A DNA stretch of 64,000 nt, from the NCBI GenBank assembly GCA_951406725.2, contig OX597820.1, positions 125,550,001 through 125,614,000 of the forward strand, read 5' to 3'. The notes under the pieces were generated by a model. The model did no database searches, had not been told where the DNA came from, and worked only from the letters and a program-made list of their open reading frames with translations. A program made the translations under genes and the position numbers. Positions 27,833 through 39,469 of the stretch are shown here, in pieces; positions within the stretch are counted from its first letter, which is position 1; every line of letters begins with the position of its first letter. The DNA is from Octopus vulgaris (Eukaryota).

Positions 27833-28667
27833 AATACAAGGTAGTCAATGCTGGTTAATTTTATCATGAAATACATTTTGAAGAGTTTAATACTGATTTC
27901 AGTATTTTTGACTTCTTCAACATCGTTGGATATCAACTAAGAAGAAAAACAATTATATTACAAAATTAAATCAAATGTTTTGTAAGTATTTCCATAGTCT
28001 TCAAATAGGTAGGACATTTTCCTTTCATATGCATCTCTCTTTTCCTTTGTGAAGGGTCGGTAGGTAGCAGCATATCTGAAAAAATAGTGTTTATGGAAGT
28101 AGAGAAATATTTGGTTCTGAAGTTTGTACGATTAAGCAGCAACAGCCGAGGAAGAAAGAAGCGAAGAAGGAGGAGGGGAAAAAAGAAGATGAAGACGATG
28201 AACGAGAAGAAGAGGGAGATGAAGAAGACGAAAACGATGAAAAAAGAGAAGAGTCAGAATTCTTGTTCATCTTCTCCTTCCTCCTCTTCTCCTTCGTCTT
28301 CTTCCTCTTTTTCCTCCCCTCCTCATTCTTAGCCTCCTTCTTCATCGGCTGCTGCTGCTTAAACCATCAAAATTCATACCCAAATATTTCTCTGCACCCA
28401 TAAACATTATTTTTCTAGATTTGCCGATACCTACAGAGACTTCACAAAGACACGAGAGACAAATGAAAAGAAAATGTCCAACCTATTTGAAGACGATGGA
28501 AATATATACAAATCATTTCATTTAAAATTTTCTTCAATTTAATTGTTTTACTTCTTAATTAATATCCACCTTTGTTTAACTCTTAGTTGAAAAAGTCGAA
28601 AAGCCTGAAACCGGAACAAAATGTATATCATGATAAAATAATTCTAGCATTTTCTACATTGTCTTAT
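27833..28667. repeat. ~830-bp imperfect palindrome (foldback), possibly inverted pseudo-LTRs of a Penelope-like element
   Basis: Arms match throughout, e.g. ttttatcatgaaatacattttg / caaaatgtatatcatgataaaa; tcttcaaataggt / acctatttgaaga; agagaaatatttgg / ccaaatatttctct; ttaagcagcaacagccga / tcggctgctgctgcttaa. Centre near 28255. Confidence 0.9.
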
Positions 28668-28987
28668 TTTCCTCACACACACACACACACACACACACAC
28701 TCGCACGCCCCCTCCAAATATATATATACAAGAGATATTGCTGGAATTTAACGGAAATTTAAGAACTAGAAATTTAACAGTAGTTTATGAGAATCGTGAG
28801 TTACACTCTGTAAGAAAATATCAAGCGTGATTTACCAGCCATTTACACTCTGAATCCTATCACCTGGGGATGAAATAAAGTACTTGTCAGCACTAATACA
28901 TATATGATTTATAGCTCTCTTCACAACCAAATTTGCAGACAGGAAACCATCATTATTATTATAGATATTTCTGTTGTTATTGTTATT

Positions 28988-29210
28988 AAGGTTGTGAGCT
29001 TATAGAATCGTTAACAAGGAGGGGAAAATGCTTAGCGGCATTTTGTCCGACTTTAGTTCTGAGTTCAAATTCCGCCGGGACGATTTATTTTTCATCCTTT
29101 TTGTCCAATTGAGGTCGATAAAATAAATGAAAGTGAGCACTTGGGGCGATGTAAACGACTAAAACACTCCCCCGAGATTACTGGCCTTGTACCAACATTT
29201 GGAACAAATT
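28988..29210 (+). mobile_element. Deu/Nin-type SINE, diverged
   Basis: agaatcgttaac, aaatgcttagcggcattt, gagttcaaattccgcc, gtcgataaaataa, ctggccttgt. Confidence 0.8.
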
Positions 29211-29343
29211 TTATAACAAAATTATTCATTGTTTTATGATCAAAGTCTTGAGAAGAAATTACCACACCAATTTTTTATGTAGAATTTATACTAACAACGG
29301 AATGATTATGTAGATGTTTACTAACAACTGCTCCTTATTTCAG

Positions 29344-29387
29344 AGCATGACGATGAATTCGATGCGACCACCTCTCTTCTTGCCTAA
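29344..29387 (+). CDS. candidate distal terminal exon (phase 1)
   Basis: Consensus branch site TACTAAC at 29319-29325, acceptor ctccttatttcag. Reads (E/Q)HDDEFDATTSLLA*, followed by U-rich, TE-free 3' UTR-like sequence with AATAAA near 29909. Confidence 0.5.
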
Positions 29388-30735
29388 AAATAAAACTGAA
29401 AGTAATTTTTTGTTTCGCGGTATGTCATTTTGCTCCTAATGTGTATATATATATATGTATATATATATTCTGCTTTGTTTTCATCACTGTTTCTTTCTTT
29501 TCTTTTCTTTTTGTTTTACACTAACAAAGTATTGATATATTTTTTATTTCATGAATTTTATTTTTTTATTAACCTTTTTCGTTAATTTTTCGTTTTACTT
29601 TATTTTCTTTATATATGTTTTTTTACACTTATTTAGAATCTGTGTTTGAATGCCAGGCTTTATACTAACCCGGATGCCTAATTAACAGGTGCCATTTCTA
29701 ATTTTTCATTCTTGCCCCGTATGAAGCTAACTTATCGGTAGGTCTCTTTCAATTTTTAGATGTTTTACACTTTAACTTCATATGCCCATATAATTTATAT
29801 ACACAAAGTTAAATATGTATAGTTATATATGTATATATATAGACATATACTTATACATAAGGTATAAAATGTGACTGAAATATTAAACGCTTTGGCGGTT
29901 TGTTATGTAATAAATGTTAGTGAAAATTATAATATTTTGCGAGCTGCTGAAAATTATATTCTACTTGCCAAATTTTGAATGTCAGCATATACATTCATAT
30001 ATATATATATAAATTCGTGTGTCTTTATGTGTGTGTATGCATTTGTAATATTAGAGATTAAAGTTTCTTTCAAATTATGGATTTACAGCAATTTGTGGGA
30101 AAATGAATCTTTAATGTCGTTATATATCTTTCTGTAATTCAATGCATGTACATTACGTTCAACATAAACTATAGTAGAAAACAATATTATGTATTACAGT
30201 CGTTACGGTGAAATAATCAGTGAGAATGGGACATTATGTCATGAGAAGGAATGTGCTTGTAGATATGTATGCACATATGAGTATTTGTGCTCGTGAATAT
30301 TTTATGTTTATATGAGTGTAAATGAGAGCTTTAACATATTTTCAAGTATTTCTCACTCCGCTTTCTGAATATGGTTTTGCATAATTGTAAAATATAAAGA
30401 TATATATAAAATGTAAATTGTCTTTCGAGTAATGTAAATTTTTAAAGTGATTTTAAAATGTTTACGTGTATATGTGTATTTTTACATGTATATAGACATG
30501 CATAGAGATTTATACCTGTATGTGTAGCCTCTATGTACGTATGTATGTGTGTGTGTGAGTGTATGTGTCTGTATGTGCATGTGTGTGTCTTTGTGTGCAT
30601 ATACATGAATTTATATAGATGTGTATACCTATCATTTAAGGAATTGTATAATGTAAAAAAATATTTAGCAGCTCAAGATCTATAGCGTTTACCTAGCGAA
30701 CAAAAATAAGACTTGTAAAATTATTACCTTCTCTG

Positions 30736-31551
30736 CAGTCTCTCTCCGTTTCACTCTATCTATCCATCTATCTATCTATATACTTTTAATATAGGATAAA
30801 TGCTTTTCAAAAATTTCATCAAGTATGGAAATTATAAACAATTATAAAGAAGGGCAAGAGAAAAAAAACATTTATGCGAAAATGTTGAGAAAGAGATTTT
30901 AATTCGTCAATCAGCACATACGGTATACCTCACTATGAATAAATATCAGGCTAAATCGAGTAAAGCAAGCTAACATAATATTTTTTTAAATGCCTTATCT
31001 CTATATTGAATCAATTTCGGGAATAATCCAACGGATTTTCCCCTCATCAGTAGAGAGTACGATAGGAAATAAATAAAACACAAAAACCCATGGAGAAAGC
31101 AGAAGCAAAAGTCATGTGTACACATAAGTACCCCAGTTATATCTTAATATAAAATTCCATAGCGAGTCCCAGCACACTTATTCATGTCTTTTGTTTCGGC
31201 TTTTTCTCCATGGGTGCTTGTAAGTATTTTATTTGTTTCATATCGTAGGAAAAACATTTGGATTAATGCTGAAATGATTCAATATAGAGATAACGCATTT
31301 GAAAAAAAATTCTGTTAGCTTGCTTTCCTCGATTCATCACGATGTGTATTAATAGTGACGTATATTGCATGTGGTGATTGACGATTCAATGTCTTTTTCT
31401 CGGCTTATTGGCAGAGAATTTTTTTCGTTTGCCCTTATTTATAATTGTTTATAATTTTCATAATTGATGACATTTTTGAAAAAAAAATTATCCTATATTA
31501 AAAGTATATAGATAGATAGATGGATAGATAGAGTGAAAGGGAGAGAGATTG
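30736..31551. repeat. ~815-bp imperfect palindrome with an additional inverted arm at 31710-31864
   Basis: The outer 60 bp (30740-30799 vs 31488-31547) differ at 1 position and the inner arms match throughout. 31710-31864 is a closer reverse complement of 30995-31142. Confidence 0.92.
30998..31056 (-). ncRNA. type I hammerhead ribozyme (minimal, Penelope-like)
   Basis: Minus strand: UCUCUA CUGAUGA GGGGAAAAUCC-GUU-GGAUUAUUCCC GAAA UUGA-U-UCAA UA^ UAGAGA. 6-bp stem I, canonical core, 11-position stem II with one mismatch, near-palindromic stem III, AUA cleavage triplet. Confidence 0.85.
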
Positions 31552-31800
31552 TTTATAATTTTCACCTTTAACAGTATGCTGGCTGCTTGATGATTTAAAA
31601 AAAAATGTTATCCAATATTAAACTTAAATTTATTACCATTCACTTCGAGACTGGTGACCCCTCTTTGTTGTGGTTCCTGAAGGATACCACATGTGCTGTA
31701 TATATTTACATATAACTGGGGTACTTGTGTGTACACATGAATTTTGCTTCTGCTTTTTTCCATGGGTACATATAAGTATTTAATTTATTTCTTATCGTAT

Positions 31801-31860
31801 TCTCTACTGATGAGGGCGGAAATCCGTTGGATAGTTCCCGAAATTTATTCAATATAGAGA
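31801..31860 (+). ncRNA. type I hammerhead ribozyme (second copy, opposite polarity)
   Basis: UCUCUA CUGAUGA GGGCGGAAAUCC-GUU-GGAUAGUUCCC GAAA UUUAUUCAA UA^ UAGAGA. Core and stem I are intact; differences from the first copy lie only in stems II and III. Confidence 0.8.
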
Positions 31861-31969
31861 TAACCCATAATAGGTGCATTGTTTTATTCCCCGTAATAGC
31901 TGCATTGTTTTATTCCAGGTAGACTGATGTCTGACTATTCAAAGAACAGTGAAAAGGTTACTAGTAGCA

Positions 31970-32715
31970 CCTGAAAATAGATAATATTTCGCCTCGTCGT
32001 TTAATCAAGTATGTACAGAAATGGTTTAGTTTCCTGGAACTTTCTCGCTGACATAGTTTCTAGAGTGGTGAATGATGCTCCAGCTTTATCAACCATGTAA
32101 AAGCGGGCAGCTGAATTTACGAGGAGCAGTGAGAGTCTTGAACATGTAAACATTGATCCCTTTCACCACATGGTAATGGATGACAAAGGACTGACTATAA
32201 CTCAAATAATCAATGTCCTCTGAGAATGTTCAGGTTTTTCTGTATTGAAGACACTTTCTGCTCGGTTTCCTCATCTTCTAACACTGTTTCCTAGCCCAGG
32301 AAGGGTGTTGGGTTTGTCACTTTGAGCCAGAGACACAGGAACAATCCAAGCAGTGGAAACACTCCTCTGCACCTGCTCCGTAGAGGGCCAAGTTCGTATC
32401 ATTTGCAGAGAATGTGATGATGTCTGTATTTTGAGGATACAAAGAAACATTTACGCTTATTAACTATCATCAAAAGCGCCACACCACCAACTGCTTGTAG
32501 CAGTTTCAATGGCTATTGTCTGCGCATGTGAATTTGAACTGGTTTATTGCAGTTCTTCTTATCCTGATATGGCCGCATCGGATTAACACCTATTTCCGGG
32601 AAACAGTATTGCATTGATGAATACGCCATATATGCTATTGATGGCCTTTTTGGCCAACAGGATGAAAACTTCCTCATTAGTGGGAACTAAGCACTGCAAA
32701 ACCGAGAGAAGAAAT
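31970..32715 (+). mobile_element. mariner transposase relic (near full length, many deletions)
   Basis: ADIVSRVVNDAPALSTM*KRAAEFTRSSESLE (HTH region), FEPET..QSKQWKH.SAPAP (the 'W..P.K' region), and SYPDMAASD*HLF (YSPDLAPSDYHLF). Confidence 0.8.
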
Positions 32716-32960
32716 CATATATATATAAATATATATATATACATATATATAGAACACAGGATATGAGATTGTGTGTTTGTTATATTAAAATTCGTGATCC
32801 ACCCAACAGATTTTAATGAAATTGTACGCAGGCATTACATAGACTGCATGGAGTGTCATGGGTTTAAAACATTTTCAAATTCTTTACTTCTTGCCAAATG
32901 CGGACTCAGGGGCAGATAATCCACACTTTCTAAGTATTTTAGCAGCGTTTAGGCCCTTAA
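32716..32960 (+). mobile_element. Helitron 5'-terminal relic
   Basis: Begins a|tc and resembles the 5' end of the Helitron at 56455 (caacagattttaatgaaattgtacgca...ggagtgtcatggg vs caaccaatttcattcaaagtttacaca...ggagtgtcatcgg). Confidence 0.55.
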
Positions 32961-33594
32961 TTTGAAGAGTATCCAGTCACTTTCCTCCAAATTAGCAACA
33001 AATATTAATCATACTCTTCAATTTACTGTTGACTAAAAAAACGTTTCCAACACCGACTTTGGACCCTTCACTGCAACAAAAGTAGATTAATCAGACTTCG
33101 AGTATACTGCACTATATTTTATCTTTGTTTTAGTCCATTTCCCATGATAAAATATCGACACCACTTATCCATTATAAATAACGTGTATTTCAGGTAAAGC
33201 TTTTTCGTCCAATTAAAGAACATTAAAGTTTTTTTGACACCCTGTTGATGTTTCGTGTTACCCTCCCATGCACCACCCGGCCATGTGCGTGTGTGTGCGG
33301 CTGGGTAAAGGCACATCAAACCCATTCATCTATTCTCCAGAAGTGCCCTGTTGACGTTTCAGTTTTCTAATTCTTCGCAACGCACATGGCCCGGCAGAAC
33401 GTCTGCTTTCTATGTCATCCATGTCTAAACTATATAATGTAAAGTGTTCATACCAAAAAACAGAAAATTACTGATTGTTTTGACTCAGAGCCATCCGAGT
33501 TTGACCCATGACTACTTCCGGAGGCTACGCTCGCCACCTGCAATTTGTTCCCCGCTACTGTGTTCCCTCCTGCGTTTATTCGTCCGAGTAAATA

Positions 33595-34076
33595 CAGGGT
33601 GTCAAAGAATTAATGATGATTTGAGTGAAATCGGGTTCAGTTTTCAAAAGAAATCTCACTTTCAATTATGTCTAATATGTGTTAAAAGTGTATAAATTTC
33701 GAATTTTGCTTATAATTTTATTTTCATTCCTGTTTGACCCCTTTTATTTGTACATAGCAGCTTTGTTTTTTCAATTTGGCTGCAATCATTTTCTTTACCT
33801 CCATTCCCACAATGGAGCAATCACTTAGCTGAGCTCAAAAAATAAAAATTCAGTTAGCACTGCAGGAGCTAGCACCTGAAATGCTTCAAAATGTGTTTCC
33901 CAACGCTAAGGAGAGATTTGAAGTATGCAGGAATGCAGACATGTTGAAAATTTGCAATAAAAGATTGACATAAGATTTATAAATCTATTTGTATTGGAAA
34001 TAAACATAAAATTCTGTCAGGATTTTAAAATTTGCTCAGTTTCATTGAAACAGATTGTTAATTCTGAAACATCCTG
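33595..34076 (+). mobile_element. internally deleted Tc1/mariner-superfamily element
   Basis: TIRs ta-cagggtgtcaaagaatta / taattctgaaacatcctg-ca. The internal SLAELK..IQLALQELAPEMLQNVFPNAKERFEVCRNA..HVENL resembles an ITm transposase C-terminus. Confidence 0.7.
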
Positions 34077-34212
34077 CATGTGTGGCGTTGTTAGTTATTG
34101 CGTTGCTCGAGGAAATATTAGAATGAAAGGATTGCACGCCGTAGACATTCTATCGTTTTGTTAAGCATTTTATATCAAGGAGTATATTATCCAAAATGTA
34201 TCTCTTCTTTAC

Positions 34213-34335
34213 AGGCGTGGTTGTGAGGATGAGAAGCTTGCTTTCCAACCATGTCGCCTTGGGTTCAGTCCCACTTTGCGGTACGCTGGCCAATTATCTT
34301 TCATTACAGCTCCGTGCCAACCAAAGACTTGTGTA
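34213..34335 (+). mobile_element. 5' part of the internal-microsatellite SINE family
   Basis: aggcgtggttgtg...aagcttgctttccaaccatg...gggttcagtcccact. Confidence 0.7.
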
Positions 34336-34489
34336 TTGTATATAAGTACCATTACTGTATTGTTATGTAAAATAACACATGCTATTCACTTATTGTCGTC
34401 ATGTAATAAGCATACAGAATTTGAACTGAATCTGTACTGAATCCGGAAACATGTGGTTGGTAAGCAAGCTACTTACATTGTATATATAT

Positions 34490-34554
<65 letters not shown>

Positions 34555-34561
34555 CATACAT

Positions 34562-34671
<110 letters not shown>

Positions 34672-35089
34672 AAACAAAAAGGCTCTTAAAATACAGCGAC
34701 AGTGATAGCGTATACGGGAAATGATTATTTCTCTGTCAGTGCTTTGTTCTTCATTTGCACATCCTGTTTTTATGAATCCGCGTTTCTCGAATACCAGTTA
34801 TATTCGCGCGTGAACATCGATTATCATTTGTGACCGATTGATTACATTTCTTCTGTAAGTTTTTAATATATGGGTATCGATTTGCTTTTATTGATATATT
34901 TATCGTTTATGCTGTTTGCACACACACACACGCACACACACATAGGTGTCGAAACCATAATGATATCCGTGGGATAGCTGATGATGGAGGTATGTTGGAT
35001 TTCTTGTATGGCTGTTTTTGTATAAGTTGCAATAGTGTCATAACACTTCCTTTTGATACATATATACCCAGGTATAATTACAAATTTGT

Positions 35090-35225
35090 CACTTTAAGGA
35101 TACTGCGAAAGGGGTGCTTGGGGTCCCAACATTACTTTTTACAGGACTTAGAAAAACGGAAGCACCGCGGCAATAAATGTGTGAACCAGAGAGGAAAATA
35201 TGTTAGAAAAAATCATAATTAATTA
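35090..35225 (+). mobile_element. fragment of the mariner-derived MITE
   Basis: ttacaggacttagaaaaacggaagcaccgcggcaataaatgtgtgaaccagagaggaaaatatgtt parallels 7400-7470. Confidence 0.6.
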
Positions 35226-35723
35226 CTGAAATTGTTCAATTTCCACATATTTCATTTATATATAGAATCAGATATCTTTTAAGATGTAACATTGCCAAAT
35301 TTAGCGTTTGTAAAAGTAAATTTTAGACTGGAAATTTTCGCTGTCTAAACAGCTCGAATATAACGCGTGTATTTTAGAGCAAAGTATAATTCTAAAAACA
35401 TTACCTGAGCAATTTCATTAACCTTTACAAATGATTGGGGAGAAATATTAAGTACGAATTTATAATAGGTTTGTACAGAAATGAAAACAAAGGAGAGAAT
35501 TCCACTGAATTTTTTTCTATTAGATGTAATACAAACTTTCTTTTAAAATGTAGTAATTTTGATGAATCAATGCTGTTTATCAAAATGTTCGATGTATAGG
35601 CCTAAAGCAAATTTCAAGAAATTGGCAAATGTCAGAGTTAATTTGTCTACATTTTAATCCTCCGGTACACAAATGAACTCTGATGTTTTGGTTCTGTTAC
35701 ACACACACATACACATGTGTATA

Positions 35724-35796
<73 letters not shown>

Positions 35797-35850
35797 ATAT
35801 ATATATATAATATGTATATGTCTGTATATATATATATGTATATGTTTGTA

Positions 35851-35892
<42 letters not shown>

Positions 35893-36385
35893 CACATACA
35901 TATATATATATACTCATACACATATATATATGCATACATACACATTTACATTTGCGTGTTTATATTTATATATGCACGTGCCCGTGTGTCTGTTTTGTGT
36001 ATATGTTCGTGTGTACGTCACCCTTCACTAATCGACAAGCTAAACATGTTTACAAATTATATGTTTTGAAAATAAATAAGACAGAATTCACTGAGCAATT
36101 TGTTAAGATATCCAGCAGTTTACTACATATCTAAGCAGAAGGATGTAAAATAGTTATTACAGCTTTGTAAACAAATTATTTAAACGGGAATTATTCTAAT
36201 AGACGAAGTTCTTAGCATTAAAGAATTATTTAGTCGAACGCCACCACGCACTGGTGTTTTCTCAAATATAGTTTCGGGTTTTTCTGTGCTTGCTGATGAG
36301 CAACAATAACGTAGAGGAGAGTGGGGATTTATTCACACACAAAACTTCTGTTATTAAAATGTTTTCTACAGCATATATAAAACTG

Positions 36386-36467
36386 ACCTACATATGTTTC
36401 GACTGCAGCGACTTCACATTGCTCTGTAAGCAATTGTGAATCCTAGTCGCTGCTGTTTCATCAAGGT
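36386..36467 (-). ncRNA. hammerhead ribozyme-like motif with long stem II (Penelope-type variant)
   Basis: Minus strand: ACC UUGAUGA AACAGCAGCGACU...UUCACAAUUGCU UACAG AGCAAUGUGAA GUCGCUGCAGUC GAAA CAUAUG UA^ GGU. C3U core, palindromic stem III (ACAUAUGU), 3-bp stem I, first stem II pair mismatched (A-C). Confidence 0.65.
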
Positions 36468-38231
36468 TCCATCACTGACCACATTTTCCATGTGAACTGA
36501 TCCAAACAAACGTCCTGAAATGATATTCAGCTGAAGGTGATAGCGTTCCTTTTTAAATGGAATTCTGGTCTTAATATGAAGATCCATCTGATGGCTGTGA
36601 ACTTGCGTAGATCATGTTTTCTTCGTATTTCAAGGAGCATTCATTGGAATACATATTAGTTGATGCAAGGAAAACGAAACTGTGACCTCCCAACTTTTGG
36701 GTTACAATCCGTCATCACTCTATATATGTATGTGTGTATTTACAACTATTCACGTAAAGAATATATGTATCTATCGTATATTCAGTTTCTTATAGAAGCA
36801 GTTAAATAATAAATGTGTAATAAATCAAAAGGTATCACTGACAGCATAATAGAATCAGTACATAATGAAAAATAGTTAGTTACCGCTTGAATCTTACTGT
36901 TTCTTTCTCGATAACTTCCTGTTTTTGTTTCTATTGTGTGAAGTGATTTTATCATTAAAACAGCACTCCTTATACGGAGTGTTTACTCATACAATAAGGA
37001 GGCTGTGTATTATCAACAGATCTCGTATATTTGGTATTCATCTACATGACGTGAGTAATAAACTTCTTAGTAGGCTTTAGGTTAATTCGGTTTTACAATG
37101 AAAACATCTTGTTTAACAATAGCAACTAAGACAATCAAAATCAGTTAAAATACATGGAAGACATAAGGAATATCATAATCTCATATCTATAACTTCCGGA
37201 GCTTTATGCGTCTTTTAATTTTGAGTTTTTTCATATTTATTTTATATTCATTTTTTAAAAATATTCTTTCTTGCTGGTGTGAGTTATACCGTAATTTAAG
37301 AAATGAAAAAAATGTATATTAAGTCTGAATGACGTGGTAATGTTGCTGGGAAAAATCTATTCAATATTAAGTTATTTCTCGGCAGGTTCTGATTTGAAAT
37401 ATATCGTTGTTCTATTTCAATTTTTTCCTAGAATGATCCATAAAAAATAACGATCCTTCAAATATTGTCTTCCCTTCTTTTACTACTCCCTTTTTGTTAT
37501 ATCGCACGTTCCGATGACCTCTACTCAACTCTGACGTCTAGACTTCTCCCTCTATATCTACGTATTGAGCTAGCTACTTCCTCGTCTGGGGGCGTCCACA
37601 CAACATGTTTCTATATGTATTTAGTATCGTGTGTCTTTTAGCAATAAATATCCAGTATCGAAATATAATGTTTATTAGCACAATCCATAAACTCATGCTT
37701 CAAGCTGGCTTTCCAAAGCATTAGGGAGTAAAGCACAAGCACATTGTTAATCAAAAATTATACTAAGTTAGATTTGGGTTCAATGTAGAAGTGTTGGAAT
37801 AATAAAACATAATTTCATGTGAGGAAATAAATCTGGTAAACGAAATCATTACTGAAATATTTTAATGAAATAGGTTAAATTATCAGAAACAGTTATACAA
37901 TTTCTTATGACCGTTTTCTAGAATTCTCTCTAGTCATTATCGGTACGTGCCATCTTGCCGAACGTCTCTCTATCAAACGACTTAGGGTGTACAATGCATT
38001 TACAAATATGAAACCGGCTTCATATATGCCTATTTCGGATACCCTTTTATAACTATACTGTTCACTACGTTAGCTAGCAATATATACTCATTTCAAATAA
38101 TGTGAACCGTAGTATGTGGATATATATTCGATTGGAAATAATTCAAAGATAATCGTCAAATACTGATCTAAAACAACTGATAAAAGTAGCAAACTTTTTT
38201 TTTTAAATAATTAATTGTTTTAATAATTCAA

Positions 38232-38525
38232 TTGTGCCGAGGTCGATTTTGCGTTTCAACCTTTACGAGTTTGAGAAAATAAGGACCAGTTGAGTAGAGG
38301 AGTTGACTTACTCTTTCACCCGAAATTTCTGGCCCAGTGCCAAAATCTGAAGTCAATAATAACATTGACTAAGGCGGCGAGCAAATACTTACCGGCATTT
38401 TGTTTGTTTTTATGATCAAATGCTACCGAGGTTGACTTGCCTTTCATCCTTTCAGGAACGATAAAACAAGTACGAATTGAGTATTAGGGTCGATGTAATC
38501 GGGCCATGTGCCAATATTTGAAATC
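38232..38525 (+). mobile_element. two tandem diverged Deu/Nin-type SINE fragments
   Basis: gccgaggtcgattttgcgtttc...ctggcccagtgccaaaa and accgaggttgacttgcctttcatcctttc...gggtcgatgtaatcg. Confidence 0.75.
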
Positions 38526-39469
38526 AATAATTATATCATGTAAAGTTTAAATAGCTTTTATTCAATTACATAAAGAGCAATACCAGTCAGGGATAAACCA
38601 TATAGTGGCTTTGCTAAACCACGTAAAAATCTTACACATTCCAAAGGTTTCTGAAATAGTCTGAGGGACAGAAATCTTGAAGTGAGGAAATAAGTAGATT
38701 ACATCAAACAATGTAAATTGCTTTTTTAAGTTATCAGCTCACGAGAGAATAGATGCAAATTTGACCTCGGTGGAATTTGAAAGTAGCCCGTAAAAAGCAG
38801 GAAGAAATACCGCAATCTTATCATTAAAGCAGCGGTTTGCAGTCGTTCATAACTTTAGATTTTAGATTTTATTGAAGTCTGATAAATCAAATATTGATTC
38901 ACTTACACTGATGATGAATCAGCTATCTCAAAGCACATAAAGGGACACCAGGATTAACTACACCAATTCCTTGGCTTTATAAATAAGCCGCAAACACACG
39001 CTCCATCACTCACACACATAGAACAAAACTTTGATAAGAAAATGTCTTATAGTAATAGGTATAATGCATCATTTCACACTAGAACTATATTCTGCATTTC
39101 AAATATTTTTTTCAATCCGCCTCATTGTTGAGTCAAATATATTAGTCTGACCAATTGTTTATTCGTTCAAATTCAACAGTTTTCCATGAACATTTCAAAC
39201 AACTGTTTCCATAAAATGACAGCATACAATTAAATATACGTATATAATACGCACGTGCGTTTGTGTGTGTGTGCACGCGCGCGCGTGTGTGTATTCAGTT
39301 CCAATGGCATTCAAGCACGCATATGTGCGTATACACGCACAGGCATATGTATTATATTTACTATATTTATGCAGTGTATGTATGATATGTAAATTTTAGG
39401 GGTATTTATGTTTGTGAGTATCTAAATTTATGCAAGTACATTTAAACAAATATATGTGTGCCTATGTAT

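Noticed and set aside
28087-28345. K/E/R-rich and S-rich ORFs on both strands
   Set aside because: They are a by-product of the purine/pyrimidine centre of the palindrome.
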